DNA of 64,000 nt from Azolla caroliniana (lineage: Eukaryota > Plantae > Polypodiophyta): positions 12,834,001 to 12,898,000 of the forward strand of contig JBHGNT010000003.1 in NCBI GenBank assembly GCA_043228905.1, written 5' to 3'. The position numbers and the translations under genes are program-made. Positions 46,443 through 59,278 of this stretch are shown piece after piece (the stretch's first letter is position 1; every line of letters begins with the position of its first letter). The notes under the pieces are model-generated. The model had not been told where the DNA came from. It did not search any database and saw only the letters and a program-made list of their open reading frames with translations.

Positions 46443-49260
46443 ATGCTTTCCGACCTCGATGCAGATATGGACTGCCAAACACTCTCTGAAGCCGCCAAGA
46501 AATGGCTACGACAACACGGATTGGAGGGGTTCCTCACAATCATGGAGGCACCACCACACAGAGAAGCCGACAAGATCATCAAAGAAATTGACACCGAGCT
46601 GATCACGGAGGAAGCGATCCATGCACTAATAGGCCTTCCAAAGGGGGGCATCTATACTATTGACAACCCTACCTCTGAATGGCTCATCAAATACTTCGGC
46701 GAGTATTCTCTGGCCAACAAGGGCTACAGGACATAGGGCGGAGAAGATATGTTATTCCGAGAAATCGCCCATGTACTCCAGGAGTTCGGCCACGTATACC
46801 CTCGACCCCCCTTATGCCTCAGAACCGAGCAGGCTTGATCATCGCAACATACGAAGGGGTCAAGGTGGATTGGCCGGTGCTGATCGCCGACGAATTACGT
46901 GCGGCTATTGACACCGTAAGAGGTAAGGAAGCCAAAGAAGGCCGGAAAATATGGCATGCGGTGGTGCAATGGCTCACCCTAGTGGCGCCACCTGTCGAGC
47001 CCATCCAGACCAAGAAGCGGGGAAGAGTAACGGACGGCACCCCGAAAGCTACTTCAAAATGACAGCATCTGTTGGCCACCAAGACCACTAAGGGGAAGAC
47101 AACCGACACGGAGCAGGCGGCGAAGGAGCGCTCGCCATCCAGAAGTAGTCGACGGACACGCAGGAGGAGACACTGGCACGGCCCCTGAAGAGCACACTCC
47201 GCCGACCGGTGCAGCAAGAAACGAACACCCCGGCGGCAAGAATGAATGTCGGGACTCAAGGGGAGGAAACGGAGGAAGAACCTACGGAGCACCTCCAGCG
47301 GCGACCGACGACGAGCACCGCAGAATTAGTCGGGAAGCGTTCGGACCCCCAGAAGGATGGAACGCCTTTACCCCACACTGAGAATCCCACGCCAAGGGAG
47401 GAACCAGACTCAGAAGCCCCTGCACAACAGGCAATACCGGTGGGTCAGGAAACGACAAGCCCCGAAATGCAAGCGTCGGTAATGCAAGTGCCACCTTCCT
47501 CAACCGGCCAAGAACAAGGAGAACAAGAGCGGCCAGCCGAAACACAACTGAAACCTGAACGGCAAAGTGGTCAGCAGGCAGAGTCGGAATTGCAGCTGAA
47601 CGCAGGTAGGCGGGACCGGCCACTGGCAAGTGAACCCATCAGCCAACCCTCCGTGTAGACGCAACAACAGGGCACCGGCAGCCAATGGCTCCGGTGGATA
47701 GGAGAGCAGGTTGCCGGAGTGATACTACATGTAGAGGCGGAAGAACGAGCGTAGATGGAACGGTTGCTAGTCACAATCGATGAACTAGAGACGGCCCGGT
47801 CAAGGATCCGGTGCCTTGAACAAGACTTGGATCGGGTCACAGAAGACATGGCCAAAATGGCCTTAACCGCAACACAGATCCAAGCATCGGTGACTCCGAT
47901 GGATGTACAGAATAAAGAAACAACCACGCCTGTACACACGAATAAGACCCCGAAGACAGAAACCGTGCCGGAGAAAGATGCGGCGCAAGCCCAAGAGCTT
48001 GCCAAATTAAGGGACAAACTTGCCGCACAAGAAGCACTACGGAGCCGCGAACGAGATTTGAAGAAAACGACAGAAGAGGAGTTAAAGAAGACTGTTGAAA
48101 ACCTCCGCCGGGCAGAAGAAAATTTGCGGAAAGGGCATCAAGCTTACGATTGGCTAAAGGAGGAAAAAGGAAAATTGTTGCAGGAGAAGGACAAGCTGCG
48201 ACGGATGGTGGAAACGGAAATCGAAAGGATGAAAGAATAACTCCGTCAACAAAAGGACTGGGAAGACCGCGCTCGCCGGCAAATCAACCAGAGGTTGAAG
48301 TAGAAGACAGAGGACTTCGACCACCTACACCGGAACTTTAAGAGCTTGGACACGGAGCATAAGCAACAGCAGGAAAGGATGGCCGAGCTCCGGTAAGAAG
48401 TTGATTGGGCCACGACGGCACTCGCCGACGAACGGGCTGAGAATACAAAGCTATTGGAGGAAGCGGCGAGGGACCGGATGGAGCTCCACAAGCAGCACCA
48501 TGACGAAAAGGAGAGGGTGACAATGGTGTTACAGAAGTTGCAAAACATCTATCAAAGTCAATTGTCGCATTATAGGGAGCAGGAAGCGGAGACGGTCAGA
48601 ATCATCAACCAATTGAAAGAGGAGCGACAAGCCACGGAGAACAAATCACAGATGAGAATGGAACGGATCCAGTGCATCCTCTGGGCATGGCTAAACAAGA
48701 CCAAACGCTTGATTGACGAGAGCTCCGTGAGATGGTGGATGAAATGGGCGTAGAATACGGCTAAACTCCAGTTGCTCAGGGCGGACGCGGAAAACCGGCG
48801 GAAGGAAGGTGAGCACTGTTACATGCTCACATCGGAGGACTTCACCGCCATAAAGGATGAGCTGGTAGAAGATTTTACAACTTTGGCGGATGAGCAATTG
48901 TTGCAGGTCCGACAACTCATAGCTCAACTGGACGACGATCGGATGAATGCTCAAATCCAGTTTGAGAGCTATGAGCGGTCCCAGCTTAGGGAAGAAAAAG
49001 GAAGGCATGCGGCAACAGTCAACCTAAGTGATGAGGAACCGTCGCCGGTACAAGGACCAGACGGGGAGTAGGCCGGGGTAAGTCAACCAGAGACAACTCT
49101 GACGGAGGAAACAATGAAGGAAACGCTGGTGCCAGAGCAACAATCGGAGTCACAGCCGGAGTCACAGCAGCCACAACAACAGCCACAACAACAACAACAA
49201 ATTCCAGTCGACCCATTGGAGACCCTGGAGCAAAGCATCCTGGATATCTTGGACGAAGAG
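46443..49260 (+). pseudogene. Gypsy D extra 3' ORF (~900 aa; globular N-terminus, low-complexity linker, coiled coil)
   Basis: Chain of sense ORFs between pol and 3' LTR separated mostly by single stops; homolog in H. Confidence 0.75.
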
Positions 49261-49315
49261 TAAAGGGCCGGTGTGGGATTCGACGTACAAGGTACTGTCC
49301 CACGGGCGTGCCATG

Positions 49316-49773
49316 TGTTACCCGGCCGACGAAGGAGCTAAGGACACCAAGACTAGGGTGTGAAAAGGGGAATTGTTATTTGGGAATCTATTGTAATTAC
49401 TAGTCTTAATATATTAATATATGAGAAAATGTGGACGGACGGACCGGAATCGGTATGCCGATCCAGATCCGGACTGATCCCGAATAGGTGCCGGTTGGCA
49501 CCGTTTTGTAATTCACACCGGTGACCTATATAAAGGGCCGGTTACAATGTAATCATCAACAGAGAGTAATATAAACCTTTTGTTAATCATTGAGTATTGT
49601 TCACCGTTCTGTGCTTATTGTATATCTTACGCGTGTTAATGACGTATTACTAAGTAACCAATTAAGGTCCAATTAAGCGTTGTGTCGTAAGTTATCTCGC
49701 TGTAACACCCTTTGGTGAAGTGTCTTAAGTGGACACCCTCTGTTAGGCTGTTGTCCGGCCCTAAGGATTAACA
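49316..49773 (+). repeat. Gypsy D 3' LTR
   Basis: Matches 32084-32541. Confidence 0.96.
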
Positions 49774-49778
49774 GTCGT

Positions 49779-50278
49779 TGCTGCCTGAAGTTCTTGAACA
49801 AAGTTTCGTAAGCTCGCATTCTCATGTTGGAGTTGATGCAACACCGCCAAAATTTGCTCAAGGTTACTAAATGATTCTAACATGATAGTATATTGAGAAA
49901 GAAGACAAAAAGAAGGAAGGAGATCAATCTATCATGGATGAACAATTGGAAGACAAAGAGATGGGTAAGTTGATGACATAGAGAGATGGATAAGTTGATG
50001 ACAATGAGTACGAATATCTATTCCATGACTGGTGTTGATCTCCTTGATGTTAACAAGGGAGATCAACCCTTTTTATACATATAGTGATGCATGATAAGCA
50101 TGCTCATGCCAAGTCATAAATACTATAATATTAAGCATATTGATTCTTGCATGCCAAGTCTTACATACTCAGTCTTACATACCACTCTTTATACAAAGGT
50201 TTAAAGTCTAAAGTCTTTCTAGGAGAAATATATATATACAAGGACCTAAGGCTTGAATTCGACTCGATGTTCATGACA
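49779..50278 (-). mobile_element. Element F gag start (ATG 49883) and 5' LTR (inner boundary unresolved)
   Basis: MLESFSNLEQILAVLHQLQHENASLR continues F gag; outer end reads TGTCATGAAC like LTR at 820. Confidence 0.75.
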
Positions 50279-51265
50279 CCTGTTTAGTCCGGGGGTTATA
50301 ACACTTATACCCCTTCTGTTCATGTGAGTAGCCAACGAGTATGCACTTCTCCGATTTCGGATCCAGCTTCCTCCGCTTCTCATCTGGTACATGCACATAT
50401 GTTATGCTACCAAATATCCGATGGTGTCTCAAATTCGGCTTCCGCCTGAAATACAACTCATGTGCTGACACCTTGTCCCCGATCTGGTTTTGGATGTAAA
50501 CGGTCGTCCACACCACCTTAGCCGAATAGAATTTGGGCATGATGTTCTCCTCCAGCGTTGCTCTTGCCGCGTCAACAATCGACCAGTTCTTTCTTTCGGC
50601 CACACTGTTTTGTTCCGGTGTATATCGACAGCTCAATTCTTTCTGAATTCCTTTTTGTTGTAGATAACTGTTGAATTGGCCGGAAAAGTATTCTTTTCTG
50701 CCATCCGACCGCAAGCACTTTATCTTCCTCCCCGTTTCCCTTTAGAGTAAGCTTTGAAGGTTCCGAAAACAGTTGAAGACTTCACTTTTCTTCTCGGTGA
50801 GGTAGATCCACGTGTGCCGGCTGTAGTCCTCAATGAAGGAGACGAAATACCAACTCCCACCAAGACTAACGTTCTATGATGGTCCCCATACATCCTTGAA
50901 TGGATTAGATCGAGCTTGTTATGGCTCTGGTTTCGTTCGGTGGGGAATGGAAGCCGGTGTTTCTTCCCGAATCGGTAGGCTTCAGATATTTGGGCCTTCC
51001 AGCCACTAAACTTCGACAATCCGAACACAACTTGTTTCGATTGCAGATCTTGAAGCCTCCGGTAGTTGACATGGTCAATCCGCTTATGCCAAAGATCGAT
51101 GTCCGATTCAATCTTTTTCCTTTGGCAAACATGGCAGTACCGACGTCATTTGTGTTGAGGGTGAACATCCTCCCTTCCCTACGCCCTTGTGCGATTATCC
51201 GGCTTTCTTCCTTGATGAAGCACTTGAGGTGCGTAAACCACACCTCCATTCCCTGGTCGACGATT
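50279..51265 (-). pseudogene. Copia G (family A) integrase half
   Basis: Collinear with 6185-7152: QGRREGRMF, KLDLIHS, RSDGRKEYFSGQF, YKCYNPRTKQ. Confidence 0.9.
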
Positions 51266-51956
51266 TTGGACTAGGAGGAGGAGAATTTTCAGACATATAG
51301 GAATGTAAATAGATTATAAGAAAGAGATAGAAAGTTGTGAATCCCACGAATATAGTGAATTAGTTTAACTTCATATTTAAAATCAAAGTGATAAATTGAA
51401 ATAGTTTAGAATACATTAGAGTAGATTGAGAAAAGAGATCAAATCTTGTGAATCCCACAAGTATTATATTAATCAATATTTTGATTGTAATCAGAACCCA
51501 AGAATCCATCCTCACCAATACATCTTTTCTTTCCCCACATATAGTGATGGAAGAGGCTACTTATAGCTTACCATATGGAAAACATCATGCTTTCTCTAAA
51601 GTGTTCATACACACTAGATGTGCACGAATAGTTTTTCTTCTAATTATAGTGTTTACGCATGCTAGGTGTGCATGAGTAACTTTTTCTATAAAACTTTTTC
51701 TTTTAGTAAAGTTTTATGCATGCTACACGTGTATAAGTATCTATACTTTAAAGATACTTTTCTAGATACTAAATCTATAATTATATCACTCATGACGAGT
51801 TGGTACAATGGTTAGGTTTGAGTTTGTTTACTTGGAGGCTCAAACAGGGTTTGAATCTTGCCCTATGCATGTAATATATTTGCTTCTTTTTCTTTATTTT
51901 TATTGAATCGGGCACTCCGTACATATTTCACGTAATGTACGAAGTACACTACGACA
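51264..51956 (-). repeat. Gypsy E 5' LTR (inner side truncated)
   Basis: Matches 20684-21356; ends ...ctacgaca. Confidence 0.82.
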
Positions 51957-52856
51957 ACGCGAACCGCATAATTCAGATTCATTCGGTAGTGGCGCTATTG
52001 GACGGGCTTGGCATTCGTTGATAGATGTATTTGGTGCTCGTAAAATTTCAGGTGGAGCCCCTTCATAGCTTCGTGCGACCAGGAAAATACATCCCTGTAC
52101 TCTCGTAACAGCTCAATCATAGTCGTCTTTTGTAGAGTTGGCAAATCCTTGGCTATGGAAACCGGTCGTGGCTCCTCGACGGTCCCGAAATTGATTTCTT
52201 CTATGGCCGAGACCTTGACACGTTGGGATACCTCCATTTTGCGGTTGAACACTTCCTGTGCTTGACGGAGCTCTATAATTGCATCCACGTCCGGCTCGTA
52301 GATGCCGTCATTGGCTATCGTGGGTTTGATGTAAGCGTCGACAGTTCCGATAACGTCAATTTCGAACAAAGGTACGAGCCACGGATTTTCTTTGAGGTAT
52401 TGATCCACTTCTTCATCATCCAGTCCTCTAGCATGTGGATTTCTTCTGCATACAACGACATTAGCTCTTACGTTGTGGGTGCACATTCTTGAGTCGGCAC
52501 CTGAATCTTGGTTCGGTGAAAGCTAATATTATTATGTTGCCAATTTTGTTTGATATTTGTTGTGCGCAACCATGGTCGTCCTAAAAGAAGGGGGGGTATG
52601 CTCCCGGTGCATACAATGGTAGTACCGCCACCAATATTTTGAATGCATGGCCGCCTACCATGATTCCTAGTTTTCGCAACAATCCCAAACGTTGAATTGA
52701 TCAGGTGTCAGCCATGCGGAGCCAAAATGGAAAAGCTTCCCAAGTTGCAATGCCCAGGCGGCTATAGGCATCTATACTAATGACATTTACCCTGAACTGC
52801 CATCAATTATGCACCTTGATATCTCTTCCCCCTTGATGACGATCTTTATGCCCGGG
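51957..52856 (-). pseudogene. Gypsy H protease to RT start
   Basis: IIDGSSG, GLDDEEVDQYL, YRDVFSWS, HYRMNLNYAVR. Confidence 0.85.
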
Positions 52857-55493
52857 TAAGCCGCGATGTCATCTTCAATGAATCGGCTTCATGGTACTTA
52901 TCTTCGTCTCCAAACCCCAACAACTCCATTCTGAATTCTAAGGATGAGGCCAGTTAAGCCAAAATGCCTCCGAACAAAGAAGAAATCAGATCTTTGGAAG
53001 AGAGTCCGATCTCATTCCGGCTAAGTGGGAGGAATGAGAGACTGAGTCGGAATGAGAAGTCGGCGCGTAGTGGAGACTTGGTTGTGTTGTCCTTGCATAA
53101 TAAGCCGAAGAGATGGCCTACGTGCAAAGAGAAGGGGAAGATGAAAATCTCGGAGTACGACATGGATGCCGGTTTTTCGGACCGAAGCGAATCCAAAATG
53201 GCCCGGAGCGACAACAAACCTTCAGAGAAAAGTTTAGAGTCAATCGAGAGGATCATCAAATCACCAAAGCAGAAGTTGCGCCAATCTACCCGCTAGAAGA
53301 ACACCATAGTTCAATATGGATACAATGAATACATGGTGCACAACTATGCGTACATGACAAAGGTGGCGGAAGTGTGTGAGCCGGAGAGCTACACAAAAGC
53401 GGCAAAGGATGCAAATTGGCATGCTGCTATGCAGGAAGAGATGCACGCCTTATCCAAAATGAAACATGGGACTTGGTTGACGCACCGAAGAGTGTGAAGC
53501 CGATCGTATGTAGGTGGGTGTATAAGGTCAAGTACAACACTGACGGCACCATCAACCAATACAAGGCCTAGTTAGTGGCGGAAGGCTATCCGCAACAACA
53601 TGGCATCGACTACGATGAGACGTTTTTGCTAGCAGTAGTTGCAGCAAAGGGGTGGTAGTTACATCAAATAGATGTAAAGAATGCGTTCTTGCAAGCTGAG
53701 CTTGAGGAACAGGTGTACATGGTACAACCCCCCAAATTTCAGTTCAGTTGTTTGCCGACTGAAGGAGTTCCTCTACAGACTAAAGCAAGCCCCATGTGCC
53801 TGGAACGCGAAGATCACGCAACAACTGCGTCAGATGGGGTTTGCCACGTCAAATTTGAACTTTGTTTTTCATCCGGCAAGGTCAGAGTGGATCGGTTAGT
53901 ATTTTACTTTACATTGATGATTTAGTCATCACTGGTGCCGACCAAGAAGAAATCAGCCACATCAAGTCCAACTACCGGCATCATTTGACATGAAGGATCA
54001 AGGTCAGAGTGGGTCGGCTAGTATTTTACTTTACATTGATGATTTAGTCATCACCGGTGCCGACCAAGAAGAAATCAGCCACGTCAAGTCCAACTACCGG
54101 CATCATTTGACATGAAGGATCTGGGGGACCTTCATTACTTCTTGGGATCAAAGTGATCCGCACCCCCAAAGGCATATTAATCAACCAACGACATTATGTG
54201 TTGAGTATGCTCTTCAGGTTCGGTATGATGGAATGCAAGTCCGTCTCAACTCCTCTGGATCCCCGACTCCTCAATGGCATGCGACCTGAAAAGATTTCAA
54301 TAGATAGTCGGAAGACTTATATGCTTGACCATCACCTGGCCGGACCTCAGCTATATGGTCGCCTTGATTAGTCAATTCATGACGCATCTGACCGTGGAGC
54401 ACCTTCAGTGCACGCAACGAATACCTAGGTATGTCAGCGGCACTAAGGACAGGGTACTACCGAACAATTGGTTAGGTACACGGATGCCAACTAGGCCGGA
54501 ACCACCAGCGATCGTAGGTCTGCGTCGGGCTTCGCATTTTCACTTGGAAGCGGCACGATCTCTTGGAGTAACAAAAAGCAACTGACAGTTGCATTGTCAA
54601 GCACGGAGGCTAAGTATCGAGGAGTGGTTGTTGTGATGTGCGAAGCCATATGGCTCAAAAGGCTATTGAAGGATCGGCAAGTGGAAGTGTCTGATCCGAC
54701 AACGATCTACTACCACAACTTCAACAAGATCCAACTTGCAGAGAACCCCGTCTTCAACAACATCCAACTTCAGTTTTTCACGAGTGAGTCCTTTCCGGTG
54801 AAGTCAAAGTAGCGTATGTTTCGACGGGTCGGCAAACTACCAATATCTACCAAACCCCTTGGCCTGGACATGTTGCGGAAATTTACGAGTGCACTTGGTT
54901 TGCAGCACCTTGACGTGCCAATCTTGAGGGGGAGGAATAGAGAAAGGAGTGGAAGAGACCATAAAGTTGTGTCGGATGAAGAGTTCGACTTCGGATCGGC
55001 TGAAGAAGCCAAAGATGGATATAGGGGGAACGGAAGGGACGAGTCGTAGCCAGATCCAACCAAACAAGGGGGAGGTAAAGCCAAGAAGGTCATAGAGGCC
55101 AGGACCAAGACATGGTCAGATGTGGTCAAGGGCCTAAACAAGGAACACGGATCAGAAACAGTTGATTCGGTCGAACAAATCGATTCAGATGAGACGAATC
55201 ATATAAAGGTCGAGTGGAAGAAAGGGCAGTTGAAGCTAATACCAAAATGAAGGAATCGTCGGGTCGATGAGCGCTGAAGTTGCGATAACGAGGGAGCTAA
55301 CAAGGTACTTAGGAGAAGACAAGCCGACCAAAAGGGTCGAGATTCATGGAATCGGAGGGGTCGAAAAGAAAAAGACTAGAGAGGTCGAGGAACATAGAAC
55401 CAAACCGAACTAGGAGCTCGAGCAAGGCATGGAGACGTTAGGAAGAGTCCGATGTTGACTCAAGGAGAACCTCAAGTTGAGCTTGAGGGGGAG
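52850..55493 (+). pseudogene. Copia G (family A) degenerate RT-RNase H half
   Basis: Collinear with 7153-9767: RVSRDVIFNESASW, EPESY, KQAPCAWN, SSTEAKY, EFDFGSAEEA. Confidence 0.9.
53877..54121. repeat. 122-bp tandem duplication spanning RT YIDD motif
   Basis: caaggtcagagtgg...catgaaggat twice. Confidence 0.9.
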
Positions 55494-55919
55494 TGTTGAG
55501 TGGACAAGCTCAAATTGGGCCAGATCAGCTAAAGAAACCGAGAACCGGGTGGATTGGACCGATTGGTTAGGCCCGGATCGGCTGAAGAAGTCGAGAGCCG
55601 GATCGGATGGAAACTAATCAGCGATGCCAGATCGGTGGGATCTGGTAGGCCGTTGGAAAGATATTCTGTGAAGGAATATATTTGGGAGTTAGTGGTGGGG
55701 CTCCTTTATGAGCATTGAAGTATTGACAATACTTGTGTCAGTCCTTTTAAGGACTTGTATAAAAGTGTTCTCTAAGCACATTCGATGTATAGAATGAGCA
55801 CCATTTTTTAATAGAGTTGTTTTGTTGTCTGTCTCTCTCTCTCACACCTACTCTACATATTCCATTCTTCGTGTTTTCTATTGTGATCTGTGTTTAGCTT
55901 CCGCACTGTAATTCTTACA
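55494..55919 (+). repeat. Copia G 3' LTR
   Basis: After PPT ttgagggggag; TGTTGAG...CTTACA; diverged relative of A LTR. Confidence 0.88.
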
Positions 55920-56123
55920 GAAATTTATATGGAGCAGTCAAAAAGCTTTGTGGTATCCAACCAAGAACATCTAGCCTAGGACTCTGGAAGAGTCTATACA
56001 CCCTAAAGCAAGCACCCCGGTAGTGGTATAAAAAGTTGATGACTTCATCCAATCAATCGGCTTCTCAAAGAGCAATGACGACCACTGCCCTTTCACCAAA
56101 ACAACTTGAGATAGATCACCCAT
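55920..56123 (+). pseudogene. Copia RT fragment (family C)
   Basis: EIYMEQSKSFVVSNQEHL...DDFIQSIGFSKSNDDHC matches C RT. Confidence 0.8.
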
Positions 56124-59100
56124 TGTTGGCCGGTCAGAAGAGCAAGGACAAGTGGGAAGGCGGAATCGGATCGGATAATAGGAAGTAATAGTAGAATTAT
56201 TATTCGGAGGGACGAATTCGGTACAGTTGTACCGATCCGGATCCGAACCGATTCGGATGTCGGTTGCCTAAGCGCACCGATTGTAACCTTGCCGGATGCC
56301 TATAAAAGGATCCGATGATTTGTAAAGTGTTTTGACGGAAGTAATACAATAGCAATTATTGTGTATTTATCTGTATCTCGTATTGTTTGCCGTCCGTGCT
56401 TAATTGTAATCATCTTATGCGTGTAACCTAGCATCCAATCCTTACCACCCCTTTGGAGAAGTGTCTGATAGACACCTGTGTTGAGGCTAGTCCAGCCAGA
56501 CAGACAACACTATTTTGGCAACCATGATGGCGACCCCCCTTTGGAGACGGAGTCGAAGAATGATACGTGGCGATGCAAGTCAATAATGACAAAATATGCA
56601 AGAAATGGTGATGGTGATTGAAAGCCGTCAAGGAATGCAACAGGGTGATGTTGTGTGCAAGGAAGATGAAGAATGTTACGTGGTGATGATCTGCAAGAAA
56701 TGGAATCGACAACAATATGCAAAAAATGGCGACCATGATGTGCATGAGAAGCAAGAAATGACAGATTGATTATCAGTGCCATGATTCTGATACAAATTAA
56801 TGTCTATACAAGTGTATTTTGTTTGTCATGTGATTGGTCTTTTTGGCTTGGATCTGATCGCAAAGAAAGAAGAAAAAAGCAAGGGAGAAATAAAGCCTAT
56901 GATCTATGCGAGACCCAACCACCACATGTTGTATCTTCCAAAGATGCAAGAGTGCATTTCTATCCACATATGACCGGACACACATGGCCAGAAAGCAACC
57001 GACTGGACCAAAGGGAATTGTTGGAACAAAGATGGAGAAGGCAATTAAGAAAGCGAAAGAAATACAAACCGATGCGGAAAGACACGACTAGTCAAATGGC
57101 CCGGAACAAGGAACCAGAAGTACAACCAAATGGGCAGAACTCGCCGGAATGGCCAGACAACGGGCAAGAGTGGCCGGAGTGATTGGATAGTAGCCAAAGT
57201 GTCTAAGTGGCCGGACAACAGTCGGAGCGACCGTAGAGAGGTCGGATGGCCGAATAACGGCCAGACAGCGGCTGAAGAGCAACCGGGCAACAGTCTGCGC
57301 GGTTGGAGAGCGGTCGGAAGGGCCGGAAACTGGTCGGAATAACCGGATGCAGACATGCGACCAGGACGACAGACCGGACGCACGACCGGAAGACAACAGA
57401 CAAATGGCTGGGACAATAGCTGAACAACAATAGGAGTGGCGGCAAATAATCAGTGGCGGCAACGAAAAATTGGCGATGAAGATGGTCGGACAACAAACGG
57501 CCGAGTAAAAGCGGTCAGACGAATGACAATGCCAAACAATGGCAGAACTGGCTGGACGAACCGGACAGATGAGCGGACGGGATGGACAAGCAACAGATAG
57601 CCGACGACCGGACAGACGACGGGAGGAAGACTGGAATCGACGGACACGCCGGACAAAGCGACAGACGATGGCCGGAATAGCAAACATCGAATGGTTGTAG
57701 AGGCGGCCGAAAAGACACGACCAGAAGGGCCGAAGACAGAGACGGCAACCAACTGACAACCGATAGACAACAACAGCTAGACACAGCCGAACCGCGGCCA
57801 GAACGGAGGCCGGAAGAACGACCGGATAGATGGCCACGATTCCTACAAAGTGCAGAGGACAACCGGGGGATGGATGTCTAGACCAAACGACGACCACATC
57901 ACCGAACGAGGGAGACGATACACCGAACGCGAGCAACGACGGGAAGCCCTGCAGCAAGCCGTCGACGAGATCCGGCGGGATCGGTCATTCTCCAAAACTC
58001 TTCGAAGAGTCGCAGAAGAAGCACTGCAGTTCCGGGTTCTGCAAATCCCTAACGAAGGCAGTAGCATAACAAGCCTGCAAGAGGCGGAAACGATACTGCA
58101 GACGCTCGCCGCGGGCGACGGGGACTCGGAAGCATTCGCAACACTTGAGGCGGAGTCGGAAAGCGACGGAAGTGTTGCATCCCGGTATAAAAGCAGCCAC
58201 GACACACCAAACGACCGGGAGGACGAGGGGTCGGAAGACTCAGTAACACCGGCGCCAGAGGAAGAAATAACCCTGGAATTTGGTGACCGGCAACCGCCGA
58301 GGAAGGCTGACCGGATACCAACAACAACCGCGAGGGAACCGAAGGAGCGGATACCGACAACACCCGCGGAGGAACCAACGGACCGGACACCGGCAACACC
58401 CGCGGAGGAACCAAAGGTTCTCACACCAACGCCAACAGCGGACAGAGAACGGAGGGAACAGGAGAGTCAGTTGGACGACATGATGCCGTACCCATACCCA
58501 AAGTACCGGGATGAGGCCGACGCGGAGGCACACGTGTACGCATTCCTCCAAACATGGGAAGCCAACCATATCTCCCAAAGACTGACGGAGCCTGAAGCCG
58601 AACAATCCAAAATCGCGGAATTCGGCATAACCTTAGAAGGACCGGCGGCCCAATGGCACGCAAAGCACTTACCAGGCACCTTTGCCACATTCGATGCCTT
58701 GAAGGCCAGATTCCTCAGGTTTTTTCACAGACAATTTGAGCAAAGGGAATTGGTCGGGCAGTTCTACACCACCCGGCAGGAACAGAACGAGACTATGCCA
58801 CAATTCATCATTCGGTTCCAGACCCTGCACAGCCAACTAACAAGAGCACCACCCGAAGACGAAGCCAAAGCAGTCTTTCTGGCCGCACTGAAAGAGCCAC
58901 TTCAAACAATGTGCGGAGTCCTTGATTTCCAAACCATCACAATGGACCAAGTTATTGATCGGGTTTTAGAAATGGACAAGACTAGCCCCTTCTTGTCGAT
59001 GGGGATGTTACACCGGGCACTCCCAAAAGAGGAAGACCTGAGGTTCCGACAGGCCTTACAATGTACAACATGCCTAAATTCGGGGCACTCAACAGTAGAC

Positions 59101-59278
59101 TGCACCCTGCGGACACAATGTGTGATCTGCAACTCTCGAGCCCATACAACGGACCGATGCGAATACAACCTGTTAAATCGGTAGGCAGCACCGGTTCGAC
59201 ACATAGAACCGCGCAATCAGAACCCGGACGAGGATCGATTCCGGAGAGACGACCGCTACCAACGCAAACGCGGTAACA

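Larger units (their letters stand above)
32084..49773 (+). mobile_element. Non-chromovirus Gypsy element D, TSD GTCGT (contains J)
   Basis: 458-bp LTRs 32084-32541 and 49316-49773; gtcgt at 32079-32083 and 49774-49778; F gag resumes across it. Confidence 0.96.
20630..51956 (-). mobile_element. Gypsy element E (J-related), extent including ~27 kb of nested insertions
   Basis: Homologous LTR parts 20630-21356 and 51264-51956; host H RT splits as NYAVR|(V/I)KEEIDKLL across the ends with ATGC/ACGC duplication. Confidence 0.75.

Noticed and set aside
46443-49260. env gene call
   Set aside because: No visible signal peptide, transmembrane segment or fusion motif
50250-50260. B box in F LTR (ggcttgaattc)
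   Set aside because: Three mismatches and no A box seen; too weak to count despite a similar position and strand
4427-55924. GAAAT before LTR 4432 and after LTR 55919 as TSD of one giant element
   Set aside because: The LTRs are clearly diverged, A has its own 3' LTR, and the flanks (chromovirus linker vs Copia RT) are unrelated
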